NCBI GenBank assembly: GCA_963745835.1
Contig: CAVUZH010000015.1
Coordinates: 64,001-128,000 of the forward strand
Reading direction: 5' to 3'
Source of the DNA: an uncultured delta proteobacterium
Lineage (GTDB): Bacteria; Desulfobacterota; Binatia; UBA9968
DNA length: 64,000 bases
Shown in pieces: positions 50,097 through 60,213 of this stretch. The notes under the pieces were generated by a model. It did not search any database, was not told the DNA's origin, and was given only the letters and a program-made list of their open reading frames with translations. Position 1 is the first letter of the stretch, and each line of letters begins with the position of its first letter. A program made the position numbers and the translations under genes.

Positions 50097-52028
50097 CTAT
50101 TGTTGGTAGAGTAGCTTACCGGAACCGCTACTATCATATCCGCCCAGAGCGGCCACAGCGTTTTTGAATGCACCGGATTGAAGCACCGACATCAGCCGCT
50201 GGCCGCGGTCCGATTCGAAGAAGGGGCGCGAAAACAGCAAGTCGTACTGTTCACTGGCGATCGGTATAAAGTCGAGCCCCAACGCTTGCGCAGCAGCCCG
50301 CACCGCAAGACCAGCGTCCGCCAGGCCACTGGCGATCGCAACCCCTACAGACATATGCGTGAACTCTTCCCGTTCATAGCCATTTATTGAACTCGGACTA
50401 ATCCCCAGTCTCTTAAGCTCAAAGTCTAACAGCACGCGAGTCCCGGATCCCGCTTGCCGGTTGACGAATCGAATTCCGGAGGTGAGATCGCTCAGGCTGC
50501 CGATTGATTTAGGATTATCGCGAGCAATGACAATCCCTTGTTCGCGCTGCGCAAGGTGCACAAGCGTCACCGGCAGTCTAGGAATCGTTCGTTTGATATC
50601 AGCAACATTGTAAACGCCGGTCTCCGGGTCGAGCAGATGTGTGCCGGCCATGTGGGTCTCGCCGCGCTGCAGCGCAAGCAAACCGCCAAGGCTGCCAACA
50701 TTGGCAGCGGCGATCTTGAGTTCCGGATGATGCTGCTTAAGTTGATCTTCGATTACACCGATGGCAAGATCGTGACTACCGGTGCAGAGAATCGTGTTTT
50801 CGATATCTTCTCGAGGGCGAAGCAAATCGATCTCAACTTCTTCATCTTCGTTTAATCCTTCGACGAGACTCGGAATCCGTAATAATCCATCGGCATGAAC
50901 CATGGTTGTAATCACGCCTGCGCCTCTCGCAAGCGGGACTGCCACCAACTTGTTTCCTACCCGCCCCACAGATACTCGGATGAATTCTTCAAGCCCGAGG
51001 TGCGAGGCGATTTTTTTCGGCACCACCGCGTGAACACGCGGATAAGATGGCGCCGCGGCTCCAAGAAATTTCTCCAGCGCCGGCCGCAAGATTTCCCGTG
51101 CGATGACGATGGCAGAGACAGGGTAGCCCGGAACGCCGATTACCGGCTTGCCGACGACTCCTCCCAAGACGGCTGGCTTCCCCGGCATGACATCGATTCC
51201 ATGAGCCCAGAGTTCGCCCGCATCAGCCACGACCTCCGCCGTCAAGTCATGTTCCCCCGCAGAAGAACCGGCGATGATCGTCACCAGATCACATTCAGCG
51301 GCGGCCCGGCGCACAGCTTGGTCGAGCAGCTCTGATTGGTCCTTAACGCAAGGATATTTGATCGGCGTTGCACCCCATTCGCGCACAAACGCGGCGAGGA
51401 CTGTTGAATTGAATTCTATAACGGCTCCAGGCTGAGGTTGTTCACCGGGCGCGATCAACTCATCACCGGTTGGAATGATCCCGACCTTGGGCCGGCATTT
51501 CACCTCTACCCAGGTATGCCCGGAGGCCAGCAAAGCGCCAAGATCATAGGGACGAAGCCGATGATAGCGCGGCAAAAGCAATTCAGTTGCCACCACATCT
51601 TCGCCCACCAAACGGACATGATTCCAGGGCCCGACAGATTCGAATATCTCTAACGATCCATCTTTAAGCTGGCGGACTTTCTCGATCATGATTACCGCAT
51701 TCGCCCATACTGGCAGCGAGTTGCCGGTGTCGACGTAAGCGAACGCGTCCGGACCTGGCGAGTCGCTGCTCGCGCTAAGGAGTTTTTTGGGATTGAATTC
51801 AGTAGCGCCAAAAGTATCTTCGGCGCGCACGCAGATGCCGTCCATGGCGGCAGCATGGTAGTGCGGCGAGGAAATCTTGGCGAAGACCGGCGCCGCAGTA
51901 ACGCGGTCGAGCGCCTCCTCTACCGCAATCAACTCATTGCCAATGCCTGATGGCTCGACTTTGGCCAGGAAGAGTTCCCTGGCTTCCTTTAACGGCGTTT
52001 TCTTAAGATAACGTTTGCGAGCCATCAC
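50097..52028 (-). CDS. MoeA-like molybdopterin/tungstopterin biosynthesis protein with C-terminal PBP domain
   Basis: AAMDG, PTGDEL, PGKP, PGYPVS; GSHD, VGSLGGL, NRQAGSGTR, EFTHM. Confidence 0.93.
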   Translation of the reverse strand: MMARKRYLKKTPLKEARELFLAKVEPSGIGNELIAVEEALDRVTAAPVFAKISSPHYHAAAMDGICVRAEDTFGATEFNPKKLLSASSDSPGPDAFAYVDTGNSLPVWANAVIMIEKVRQLKDGSLEIFESVGPWNHVRLVGEDVVATELLLPRYHRLRPYDLGALLASGHTWVEVKCRPKVGIIPTGDELIAPGEQPQPGAVIEFNSTVLAAFVREWGATPIKYPCVKDQSELLDQAVRRAAAECDLVTIIAGSSAGEHDLTAEVVADAGELWAHGIDVMPGKPAVLGGVVGKPVIGVPGYPVSAIVIAREILRPALEKFLGAAAPSYPRVHAVVPKKIASHLGLEEFIRVSVGRVGNKLVAVPLARGAGVITTMVHADGLLRIPSLVEGLNEDEEVEIDLLRPREDIENTILCTGSHDLAIGVIEDQLKQHHPELKIAAANVGSLGGLLALQRGETHMAGTHLLDPETGVYNVADIKRTIPRLPVTLVHLAQREQGIVIARDNPKSIGSLSDLTSGIRFVNRQAGSGTRVLLDFELKRLGISPSSINGYEREEFTHMSVGVAIASGLADAGLAVRAAAQALGLDFIPIASEQYDLLFSRPFFESDRGQRLMSVLQSGAFKNAVAALGGYDSSGSGKLLYQQ

Positions 52029-52132
52029 TCTCCTGGCAATTCAATCCTTTAACGTGTGCAAGAAATCTTTTTTGGAAAATTACTCTTACCATGTCCCCGC
52101 AACCCGTAACAAAACGGCGGCGGTCAGAAGAG

Positions 52133-53371
52133 CTAGAACAAAATGACTTCGACCTCTTCTCCGGCTTCCAGACCGTCTTGGTTGAGATCAATCCGCACCA
52201 TGCCGTCGGCTTTCACAAGGGTAAAAATCGCGCCGGATTTATTCGGTAACGGAGTCGCTAAAAGCCCTTGAGATTCTTGCTCGAGAGCTACGCGAATGTA
52301 ATCTTCACGGCCGATCTGGGAAGCGATGTTGGTCTTCAAGATTGCTTTGGCCGTTCTAGCAAACCGAGCGTGCGTCGCAATCACCTCACCGCCCAATCTG
52401 CGGATCAGAGGCGCGGCGAAAAGATCAAAGATTACCAAAGCGGAAACCGGATATCCGGGAAGTCCCATGATCGGCTTACCGTAGGCCTTGGCAAAAATCG
52501 TCGGTTTACCTGGCGCCACAGATATGCCGTGAAAGATAAACTCCGAATCCGGAAACGAAAGAATTGTTTCAAGAGCAATATCTTTTGCGCCCATCGAGCT
52601 GCCTCCGGACAACAGCACGAGGTCGGCCCAATCCAAAGCTTGCGTTAACGCGGTTGTGAGCCGCTGCCGATCATCAGGGGTGACTCCCAAATCTTTCAGT
52701 TCGGCGCCGCACTCGGCAATCAAACCGGCCAGTGAGTGCTGGTTGATATTACGCACCTGTCCTGGCAACGGCGTCACATCAGCGTCGACGATTTCGTCGC
52801 CTGTGGAAATAAGCGCAACACGCGGTCGCTTGAACACCGGTACCGATGACATCCCGATGCCCGTCAATGCGCCTATGTCATGCGCCTTGAGTCGCCGGCC
52901 GCATTGAAAAACCGTCTCGCCCTTTTTGATGTCATCGCCGACTTGAATGACATTCTGCGCCGGCGATACACCGCGCTGAACCTCCACCAGGCCGCCTTCA
53001 ACTTCGTTGGTATACTCGACCATAACTACGCCATCGCTTCCCGGCGGCATCATGCCCCCGGTTGAAATGCGAATCGCTTCGCCCGCCTGCACAGGCTGGA
53101 TCGCCTCTTTCCCCATTTCAACAACCCCGACCAGTTTCAAATAAGCCGGCAGGCTCTGACTCGCGCCGAAGGTATCTTTAGAACGAACAGCATAGCCATC
53201 CATTGCGGCGCGGCTAAAATGCGGCAAGTCAACCCCAGAACGAAGATCCTCGCAGAGCACCCGGCCGCGCGCAGTAACCGTTGCAACATGCTCTGTGCCT
53301 ACGGGATTTACCTGGACCAGCAAACGTAATGCTTCTTGCGGGGCTAGCACTTTGAAAAAGGTTTGCGCCAT
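52133..53371 (-). CDS. moeA: Molybdopterin molybdotransferase MoeA
   Basis: RAAMDGYAV, STGG, STGDE, SGGSS, PGKP, LPGYPVS; start MAQTFF. Confidence 0.94.
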   Translation of the reverse strand: MAQTFFKVLAPQEALRLLVQVNPVGTEHVATVTARGRVLCEDLRSGVDLPHFSRAAMDGYAVRSKDTFGASQSLPAYLKLVGVVEMGKEAIQPVQAGEAIRISTGGMMPPGSDGVVMVEYTNEVEGGLVEVQRGVSPAQNVIQVGDDIKKGETVFQCGRRLKAHDIGALTGIGMSSVPVFKRPRVALISTGDEIVDADVTPLPGQVRNINQHSLAGLIAECGAELKDLGVTPDDRQRLTTALTQALDWADLVLLSGGSSMGAKDIALETILSFPDSEFIFHGISVAPGKPTIFAKAYGKPIMGLPGYPVSALVIFDLFAAPLIRRLGGEVIATHARFARTAKAILKTNIASQIGREDYIRVALEQESQGLLATPLPNKSGAIFTLVKADGMVRIDLNQDGLEAGEEVEVILF

Positions 53372-53631
53372 AGATGCCAGATCATAATCAGAGATAGAAG
53401 AGGAAGCAACGAGCTGCCCAGCATTCGCGTCCGGATAACAATTGAGTTGTAGCTCTATGCGAAGAAAAGACGCGAACGATCGTTGACGATCTTCAGCATT
53501 TAAGCAGTCTTCAAGCATTCCGCTTTGAGATTCTGTCCCAGTTGTGGGCTCGATCCGACATTCTATTTCTCCTCTTTGGGACATGGGTTCGTGAACGTGC
53601 GTCATTGCCTGTACCTTTCCTCTTCAGTGCT

Positions 53632-53647
53632 TGGCACGTGATTCGCT
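53632..53647 (+). promoter_or_regulatory. sigma54 promoter motif
   Basis: TGGCACG-TGAT-TCGCT (GG-N10-GC) 40 nt upstream of 53687; AAAGGAG RBS. Confidence 0.6.
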
Positions 53648-53686
53648 CTTTACCCGGATAGCAAAGATTAGAAAGGAGTAAATGAT

Positions 53687-54280
53687 ATGGCAGGCAAAAA
53701 TACTGCGGCATTCGGAATATACCCGAATGAAACGGCTCTGGAGAATGGAATCAGCGCTCTACAACAGGCAGGTTATCGGAACGAAGACATTTCGGTCTTG
53801 TTCCCAGAGAACGAAGGCACCAAGGATTTCGCGCACAGAAAGGGGACTAAAGCCCCTGAAGGCGCGGCCAGCGGCGCGGGCACAGGAGCAGTAGCCGGCG
53901 GCGTCTTGGGCTGGTTAGCTGGCATAGGCGCGATCGCAATCCCGGGGGTCGGACCGTTCATCGCGGCCGGTCCCATCATGGCTGCACTTGCCGGCGCTGG
54001 AGTCGGCGGGGCGGTGGGCGGCTTGACCGGCGCTCTGGTCGGCGCGGGTATCCCCGAGTACGAGGCCAAGAGATATGAAGGTCGAATCAAGGACGGCGGG
54101 ATTCTGGTCTCGGTTCATTGTGACAATTCTGAATGGACCAGCCGCGCTAAAGACATACTTGAGCGAACCGGAGCTCAGGATGTGTCCTCTGCCGGCGAGG
54201 CCAGCGCCGATTTCGCGGAAACTGATAAGCCGCTCCCTCGTGATGCCTCTGGGACCGTTCGCCGCCGTGATGATGTTTAA
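53687..54280 (+). CDS. General stress protein-like / DUF3341-like glycine-zipper membrane protein
   Basis: GYRNEDISVL, GTKAPEGA, IPGVGPFIAAGP, GIPEYEAKRYEGR. Confidence 0.8.
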   Translation: MAGKNTAAFGIYPNETALENGISALQQAGYRNEDISVLFPENEGTKDFAHRKGTKAPEGAASGAGTGAVAGGVLGWLAGIGAIAIPGVGPFIAAGPIMAALAGAGVGGAVGGLTGALVGAGIPEYEAKRYEGRIKDGGILVSVHCDNSEWTSRAKDILERTGAQDVSSAGEASADFAETDKPLPRDASGTVRRRDDV

Positions 54281-54319
54281 ATCGTTCGACAACGGATAAT
54301 TCTCTTGGACTAACGTCGA

Positions 54320-54374
54320 CCGATTCGGCTTGCCGAGAATGCGCGCGACGCCATGCTCCGGCAAGTCGAGTCGG
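54320..54374 (+). other. Long intergenic RNA hairpin
   Basis: CCGATTCGGCTTGCCG...CGGCAAGTCGAGTCGG, 16-bp stem whose two mismatches are G-U pairs on the + strand. Confidence 0.55.
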
Positions 54375-54518
54375 AAGGATTTCTTGCCTCATCCCGCTCA
54401 CTAGCCACGATTGTTTTCCACTCTCGTTTCAGCGTTCAATTCGAACGTTTCTAATAGTCTGTGCGCCGTCGTACGGCGCCTAGTTGACGGCTGCGAAAAA
54501 GAAGTGATACATCGGGGC

Positions 54519-55331
54519 ATGCGCGATAGTTTGAAAGGCCCGACCGAGAGCATTCACCAATACGGCAGCCTAGTTCCGACCGCGAGGCTCCGCGATGGCA
54601 AAGCAAGAAGCATTCTATTCGATGCGACCCAATGCATCGGCTGCCGTCACTGTGTCCAGGCTTGTAAGGACTGGAACGATCACGACCGCACCAGTCTCTA
54701 TGCTCTCTCCAGCACCAACTGGATAACTATGGAACCGCCTGTGCTGGAGGGGCTCTCGCCGCTGTGGGCACGAAACAGTTGTATGCATTGCGAGTTCGCC
54801 GCTTGTGCGGCGGTGTGCCCGGTGGAAGCGATCACCAAGTATGAGGAAGGCCCGGTAGTAATCAACCAGGAAGTCTGCATCGGTTGCGAATACTGCATTC
54901 ACGCTTGTCCATGGGAAGTCATTACCAGGGATGACATTACCCATAAAGCCAGCAAATGCACCATGTGCAGCGACCGAATCAGCGAAGACAAGCAACCATT
55001 TTGTGTCCAAGCCTGCCCAACCCAAGCGTTGGATTTCGGTCTCACGCAAGAAATTATCGTAAAGGCAAAGAAGCAAGCGGAATCCGTTGGCGGTTACACG
55101 TACGGCGACAAAGAAGCCGGCGGCGGTAACGTGATTTATGTCCTCAAAGAAAACCAGGAACAATACGGGCTGCGCGCTATCGGCGAGCAGAGGTTTCCGA
55201 AACACAAGATACCGCTCGGCTTGATGCTGAAAGATCTGTTCACAACGCGCTGCGGTATCAAGGGCAAGTTGCGCGCTCTCTATTTGGCTATCATCCATCC
55301 GAAGCGGCTGATCTATCGTTATTTCTCGTGA
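54519..55331 (+). CDS. 4x[4Fe-4S] electron-transfer protein (FdnH/HybA/DmsB-like)
   Basis: CIGCRHCVQAC, CMHC...CAAVCP, CIGCEYCIHACP, KCTMC...CVQACP. Confidence 0.92.
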   Translation: MRDSLKGPTESIHQYGSLVPTARLRDGKARSILFDATQCIGCRHCVQACKDWNDHDRTSLYALSSTNWITMEPPVLEGLSPLWARNSCMHCEFAACAAVCPVEAITKYEEGPVVINQEVCIGCEYCIHACPWEVITRDDITHKASKCTMCSDRISEDKQPFCVQACPTQALDFGLTQEIIVKAKKQAESVGGYTYGDKEAGGGNVIYVLKENQEQYGLRAIGEQRFPKHKIPLGLMLKDLFTTRCGIKGKLRALYLAIIHPKRLIYRYFS

Positions 55332-55399
55332 GCGTTACGACAGCTGACGTTGAGCCCGCCCGCTAAATTCGAAAAGCGTAAACCTAGGGACCATCAAGC

Positions 55400-56416
55400 A
55401 TGAGACCATCCACCTTCAGCCGTTCTTCCATCGCCTACAAATGGATTCTCACGGCTGTATTAATGATCCCATTTACGTCCGAGGTTTGGTCCGAGAAAAT
55501 AAGAACCGCCATTCCGCAGGCCAACCTTAACTATCTTTCTATCTATGTAGCTGAGGCCAAGGGCTTCTTCCGCGATGAGCGCCTTGAGAACGAAACGGTC
55601 GTGATCTCGGGACCACTTGCCACTGCGGCGCTGTTGAGCGGCGATGTCGATTTCAGCGGAGGTGGCGGCAGCGGTATGCGCGCGGCGCTCAAGGGCGCCC
55701 CGGTCAAGGGCATTTTTTTTCAAACAGAAAAAGTGACGTTTTACCTGATTGCGGATCCAAGCATTAAGACCGCCGCAGACCTGAAGGGCAAAAAGGTTGC
55801 GGTGGGCAGTTCAGGCGATACCCAGGACCGCATGATCACGATGTTTGCGGAACGCGGCGGAGTTTCCAGCAGAGATATTACCCGCATTGCCATGGGCTCG
55901 GACACCAACAGCCGAATTCTCGCGCTCAAGTCAGGCGCCGCCCACGCCAGCGCGGTAGATCCCGGCGGCCTTGTCTTTGCGCAAAATGAGGGACTGGTTT
56001 CGTTGGGTTTTCTCGGTGATCTCTTTCCCATGCCGTTCCAGGGTTTTGTTACTCTCGATAGAAAAATTCGCGAAAACCCAGGCCAAATAAAGCGCTGGCT
56101 CAAGGCAGCGATTCGCGGGCTTATGTTCGTGCGCGACCAACCTGAGGAAGCGGTAAATCTCGGCATTAAAAACCTTCAACTAGGCAAAGCTACTCGTCCG
56201 ATGATTGTTGAAGGAACGAAAAACTATGCCCGTGCCTTACCGCAGGGTGTTCCGGGGCTTCCCACAGCCGAAGGAATAAGAAACTTTCTTGAATACGACA
56301 TAAAGGTCCCGCTGCAGATCAAAGAAGATGTCCCTCCGGAGCGTTTGTTACATTTGCAACTCGTTGAAGAAGTAAAGAAGGAATTGGAAGCCGTACAAAG
56401 GAGACCCAGTCGATGA
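55400..56416 (+). CDS. NMT1/SsuA-like solute-binding protein
   Basis: AKGFFRDE, ALLSGDVDF, DLKGKKVAV, PGQIKRWLKA. Confidence 0.88.
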   Translation: MRPSTFSRSSIAYKWILTAVLMIPFTSEVWSEKIRTAIPQANLNYLSIYVAEAKGFFRDERLENETVVISGPLATAALLSGDVDFSGGGGSGMRAALKGAPVKGIFFQTEKVTFYLIADPSIKTAADLKGKKVAVGSSGDTQDRMITMFAERGGVSSRDITRIAMGSDTNSRILALKSGAAHASAVDPGGLVFAQNEGLVSLGFLGDLFPMPFQGFVTLDRKIRENPGQIKRWLKAAIRGLMFVRDQPEEAVNLGIKNLQLGKATRPMIVEGTKNYARALPQGVPGLPTAEGIRNFLEYDIKVPLQIKEDVPPERLLHLQLVEEVKKELEAVQRRPSR

Positions 56417-57141
56417 CACCGGAGAAAGACTTACGAGAGCAGCTTGCCACATGTACGCGCATCTTCGCGATGCAGGGGCTAATTGGCCTGTTCGGCCACG
56501 TCAGTGTTTATCAGCCCGAGACCAAGACGATCTTTGTCACACCCGGATCAGGTTCGGACAAACCGCATTTTCAGGCGGATGATATGATTCCCATTCACCT
56601 GGATGGCAAACCGCTCGACGGTAAGACACTGCCTCCTGTCGAGTGGCCGATTCATACGGCGCTGCACGGGGCCCGTACGGACGCGTTGGCGGTGGCTCAT
56701 CTTCATACCCCTTATGCGACATTGTTCAGCATAGCTCGCCGTGAGTTTCACCCGGTTACTTTGCAAGGAACGATCTTCGGCGAAGGCGTGCCACTCTACA
56801 AAGAAGCTCATCTGGTGACGACGCCCCAACGCGGTGACAATCTGCTAAAGACCATTGGCGATCATCGCGCCGTGCTTATGCGCGGGCATGGCATCGTGGT
56901 CGCCGGCAAGAGTCTCGCTGAAGTTTTGTTTGCATCGATGATTTTAGAAGACGACACCAAAAAGACCATGCAGGCCTTAACCCTGGGGCCCATCGAGCAT
57001 TTCAGCGCCGAAGAATGCCGTGGCTTTAACGCCGAAATTGATTTCGAACGCCGTTCCCGGCGCGCTTGGGAATTTTTCACGCGCTTGGAATCCAATTGGG
57101 ATCGGCAAGGCGGAACCGGCAAAATCGAACTGTTCCCGTAA
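56413..57141 (+). CDS. Class II aldolase/adducin family protein
   Basis: FGHVS, PPVEWPIH, VAHLH, LMRGHG. Confidence 0.92.
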   Translation: MTPEKDLREQLATCTRIFAMQGLIGLFGHVSVYQPETKTIFVTPGSGSDKPHFQADDMIPIHLDGKPLDGKTLPPVEWPIHTALHGARTDALAVAHLHTPYATLFSIARREFHPVTLQGTIFGEGVPLYKEAHLVTTPQRGDNLLKTIGDHRAVLMRGHGIVVAGKSLAEVLFASMILEDDTKKTMQALTLGPIEHFSAEECRGFNAEIDFERRSRRAWEFFTRLESNWDRQGGTGKIELFP

Positions 57142-57192
57142 TCGAGAAAGTGGCAGTTCCAATAGCAATCCTAAGCCAAGTTATCAGACTCA

Positions 57193-57227
57193 CTGGAAAC
57201 GTTTGGAACGTTTTAAACAATTTGAAC
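57193..57227. repeat. Right arm of the 9-nt TTGAAC repeat element (left arm decayed)
   Basis: ctggaaac gtttggaac gttttaaac aatttgaac. Confidence 0.65.
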
Positions 57228-57249
57228 CTATAAGCCGAGTGAGACATCA

Positions 57250-59160
57250 ATGACTGAGAGCTCCGACTATAGAAACTTCTTTCCAGCCCAACGCCGGACG
57301 CGCTTGCCCGGCGGGTACATGGGTAAGATCTTGCGCGTCGATCTCAGCACGGGAGAACTGATCGATTTGCATCTTCCGGAAGAGTCGATATTGCGAAAAT
57401 ACTGGGGCGGTCAACTCTTCGCTGAGTACGTTCTGCTTAACGAATTGCCGATAAATATCGACCCCTATGATGCTCGCAATGTCATCGTTGGCATGACCGG
57501 ACCCATTACGGGAACCGGCTTTACCCCCGGCGGCACGAAAATGTGCTTCGTCTATCTCAGCCCGGCAACTCGCTACACCTTGGGTCGAGGCGCAACCAGC
57601 GGCTATTTCGGCACATCACTTAAAGCAGCCGGCTATGACGGTGTCATCATCACCGGTGCGGCGCAGGCACCGACCTATCTTTATATCGGCGAAGACAAAG
57701 TTGAATTGCGCGATGCTGCGCGCGTGTGGGGTAAAGGGGCGCGCGACACCGAAGACATGCTCCGAGACGAATCCGGTCATCAGGATGCGCGGGTGGGCTG
57801 TATCGGACCGGCCGGCGAGAGTCTGATTCGTGCCGCTATGTTCGTCAATGACTACAATCATAACGCCGCCCATGGCTTGGGCGCTGTGATGGGCTCGAAA
57901 AAACTCAAGGCCATTGTCGCATGGGGTACCAAGCGTCCCCGGGTGCACGACAAAAATATCCTGATCGAAGCCGGACTGCGCTGGCGCAAAGCAATCGCGT
58001 CGCGCACAACCACAGTACAAAAACGTCTGACCAGCGTCGGCCATGGCGAGGATTGGGGCGCGATTACGAAACTTAATTGGCGCAGTACCGTCATCGCCGA
58101 TGAGGCCAAGGGCTTGGATCAAAACCAGGTCGTCTTGAGGCCCTGCTTCCAGTGCCCACGCATGTGCCCCTGGGACGTGAAAGTCGGGGAGGGCCGCTTC
58201 AAAGGCGCGGTCGGCCACTTCAACGCCGGCAGCGAATGGATGGACACTTTCTACAATCTTGGTTTCAAGGGTAACGACGTGCTCTATTTATCAGAGCGCA
58301 TCAACGATTTGGGAATCGAGTGCAGCCATTTCGCCTGCGGCGCCGGACTAGCCTTCGAGGCCTGGGAAAAGGGCGTTCTTGGAGCGGATCGTACCGACGG
58401 CTTGAGATTGGAATGGGGCAATGTGCACGCAGCCGAGACTCTGCTGGAACGCTGCGCACGACGCGAAACATGGCTCGGCAATATTCTCGCCGATGGCCCC
58501 AAAGAACTTGCCGAAGCACTGGGCGGTGAAGCAAAAAATTGGGTGGTGCACACCAAGGGCGGGACACCGGCGCAACATGAATGGCGGCCACTGCTCAGCC
58601 AAATGTTGCGCGAACTGGTGGCAAGCGGCGGCATGAAACCCCAGGGTGCTGGCGGTACAGAGCCGCCCGCTGATCTATTATATCGAGAGAAGTGGGGTCC
58701 GCTCGATCCGACTCAGCCCGATGGCTGGACGAATTCGCATCTTCTAACGGAGCAAATTCGCCAGGCCTGTGGAGTCATGGGTGGTTGCTGGTTCGCCTTG
58801 AACGACAAACCGCCCGACGGCGTGAAAAGTATGGTGGACTCGCTCAATGCAACCACAGGGTGGAACGTCAGCCTCGATGAAACCATCGACGTCGGTCACC
58901 GGAGCATCATTCTTCAAAGCGTTTTCGGCACCCAGCGCGGGTGGATTGCCGACCATGATTGGCAAGACGTGGGACCGCGCTTTCTCGAGCCGATCCCTGA
59001 CGGCAAGTACAAGGGCTTCACCATTGCGAAATGGTTGCCCGAGCTCATTTTCGAGTACTACCGTTTATCCGGGCGGCATGAAAGAACCGGTCGGCCCTAT
59101 ATGGACACACTAACCCGCTTGGGGCTTGAAGAGTTCAAACAATGGAGCCAACTGGATTGA
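57250..59160 (+). CDS. Aldehyde:ferredoxin oxidoreductase (AOR/WOR family)
   Basis: GYMGKILRVDLS, LKAAGYDG, IGPAGE, GAVMGSKKLKA, CFQCPRMC, EYYRLSG...TL.RLGL. Confidence 0.92.
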   Translation: MTESSDYRNFFPAQRRTRLPGGYMGKILRVDLSTGELIDLHLPEESILRKYWGGQLFAEYVLLNELPINIDPYDARNVIVGMTGPITGTGFTPGGTKMCFVYLSPATRYTLGRGATSGYFGTSLKAAGYDGVIITGAAQAPTYLYIGEDKVELRDAARVWGKGARDTEDMLRDESGHQDARVGCIGPAGESLIRAAMFVNDYNHNAAHGLGAVMGSKKLKAIVAWGTKRPRVHDKNILIEAGLRWRKAIASRTTTVQKRLTSVGHGEDWGAITKLNWRSTVIADEAKGLDQNQVVLRPCFQCPRMCPWDVKVGEGRFKGAVGHFNAGSEWMDTFYNLGFKGNDVLYLSERINDLGIECSHFACGAGLAFEAWEKGVLGADRTDGLRLEWGNVHAAETLLERCARRETWLGNILADGPKELAEALGGEAKNWVVHTKGGTPAQHEWRPLLSQMLRELVASGGMKPQGAGGTEPPADLLYREKWGPLDPTQPDGWTNSHLLTEQIRQACGVMGGCWFALNDKPPDGVKSMVDSLNATTGWNVSLDETIDVGHRSIILQSVFGTQRGWIADHDWQDVGPRFLEPIPDGKYKGFTIAKWLPELIFEYYRLSGRHERTGRPYMDTLTRLGLEEFKQWSQLD

Positions 59161-59194
59161 TCCTCAAGAGACCAACGGAAGCAAGGATGCAGCT

Positions 59195-60196
59195 ATGAAA
59201 CTTTTCCAACACATGACAAGAGTCCTTTTAATGTTCGCCGTGGCGGTGGGTGCTGTTCACTTTCCTTCTGCTGGGCATTCCCAGTCTCAGTTGAAGAAAG
59301 TGCGCATGGGCAGTTCTTCGACCAATGTCTCTTTCCTGGCTATTTATACGGCGCTCCACCGTGGATTTTTTAAGGATGAAGGGATCGATCTGGAAATCAT
59401 CTTTATGCCCGCGAACCTGGCAAGCACGGCCGTGTTGAATGGAGACGTCGACTACAACGGCGCTGTGACCGGCACCATCGGCGCGGCGGTTCGGGATCAG
59501 CCGATGAAGGTTTTGCTCTTCACGGTCTCTAAGCCACTGTTGTTTCTCGTCGGTCAAAAAAATATCAAAGACGTCAAACAATTGAAGGGCAAAAAAATTG
59601 CCGGGAGCTCGCCGGGAGGCTCGGCCACACTTCTCGCTAATCAAGCATTGAAACAAATCGGACTCGAGCCTGGTAAAGACGTCTCAGTTTTGCAGATGTC
59701 AGGGAACGCAGCCAGCCGCTTCGCGGTTCTCGAGTCCGGTGTCGTCGACGCCTCGCTGCTTTCTGTCCCGGAGAACATCGTGGCGCTAGAGAAGGGCTAC
59801 AATGAGCTGTTATTTCTTGGCGATATTGTGGAGTTTGCTCAAAACGGCTTCGGGACTTCACACAAGAGGATCCGTGAGAACCCGGACGAGGTGTATCGAA
59901 TGGTGCGCGCCACAGTACGCGGCCTGCAGTTTATCTGGGACCGAAATAATAGCGATGCGGTGACCAATATTCTGATGAAGCAATGGAACATAAACGATAG
60001 AAGAATGGCCGGAGAAATGTTCCGGCACGTGAGCCGGGTGTTAACCAAGGACGCCTATGTTCGGCCGGAATCCGTTCAAGTGCTCATTGACCTCGCCCGC
60101 GAAAACGCCAAGGTGACAAAGCCGATCCCTGTTTCCGATGTCGTCGATTATTCTTTTCTAAACAAAGCTCGCAAAGAGTTAGGGATGACGAAATGA
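59195..60196 (+). CDS. NMT1/SsuA-like solute-binding protein
   Basis: GFFKDEGIDLE, LKGKKIA, NPDEVYRMVRA, VVDYSFL. Confidence 0.88.
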   Translation: MKLFQHMTRVLLMFAVAVGAVHFPSAGHSQSQLKKVRMGSSSTNVSFLAIYTALHRGFFKDEGIDLEIIFMPANLASTAVLNGDVDYNGAVTGTIGAAVRDQPMKVLLFTVSKPLLFLVGQKNIKDVKQLKGKKIAGSSPGGSATLLANQALKQIGLEPGKDVSVLQMSGNAASRFAVLESGVVDASLLSVPENIVALEKGYNELLFLGDIVEFAQNGFGTSHKRIRENPDEVYRMVRATVRGLQFIWDRNNSDAVTNILMKQWNINDRRMAGEMFRHVSRVLTKDAYVRPESVQVLIDLARENAKVTKPIPVSDVVDYSFLNKARKELGMTK

Positions 60197-60213
60197 CCGG
60201 AGGCACGCACCTC

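Noticed and set aside
53372-53605. N-terminal extension of MoeA (also the extended starts at 15771, 54411 and 61401)
   Set aside because: Non-homologous read-through into intergenic DNA; family-like sequence starts at downstream ATGs
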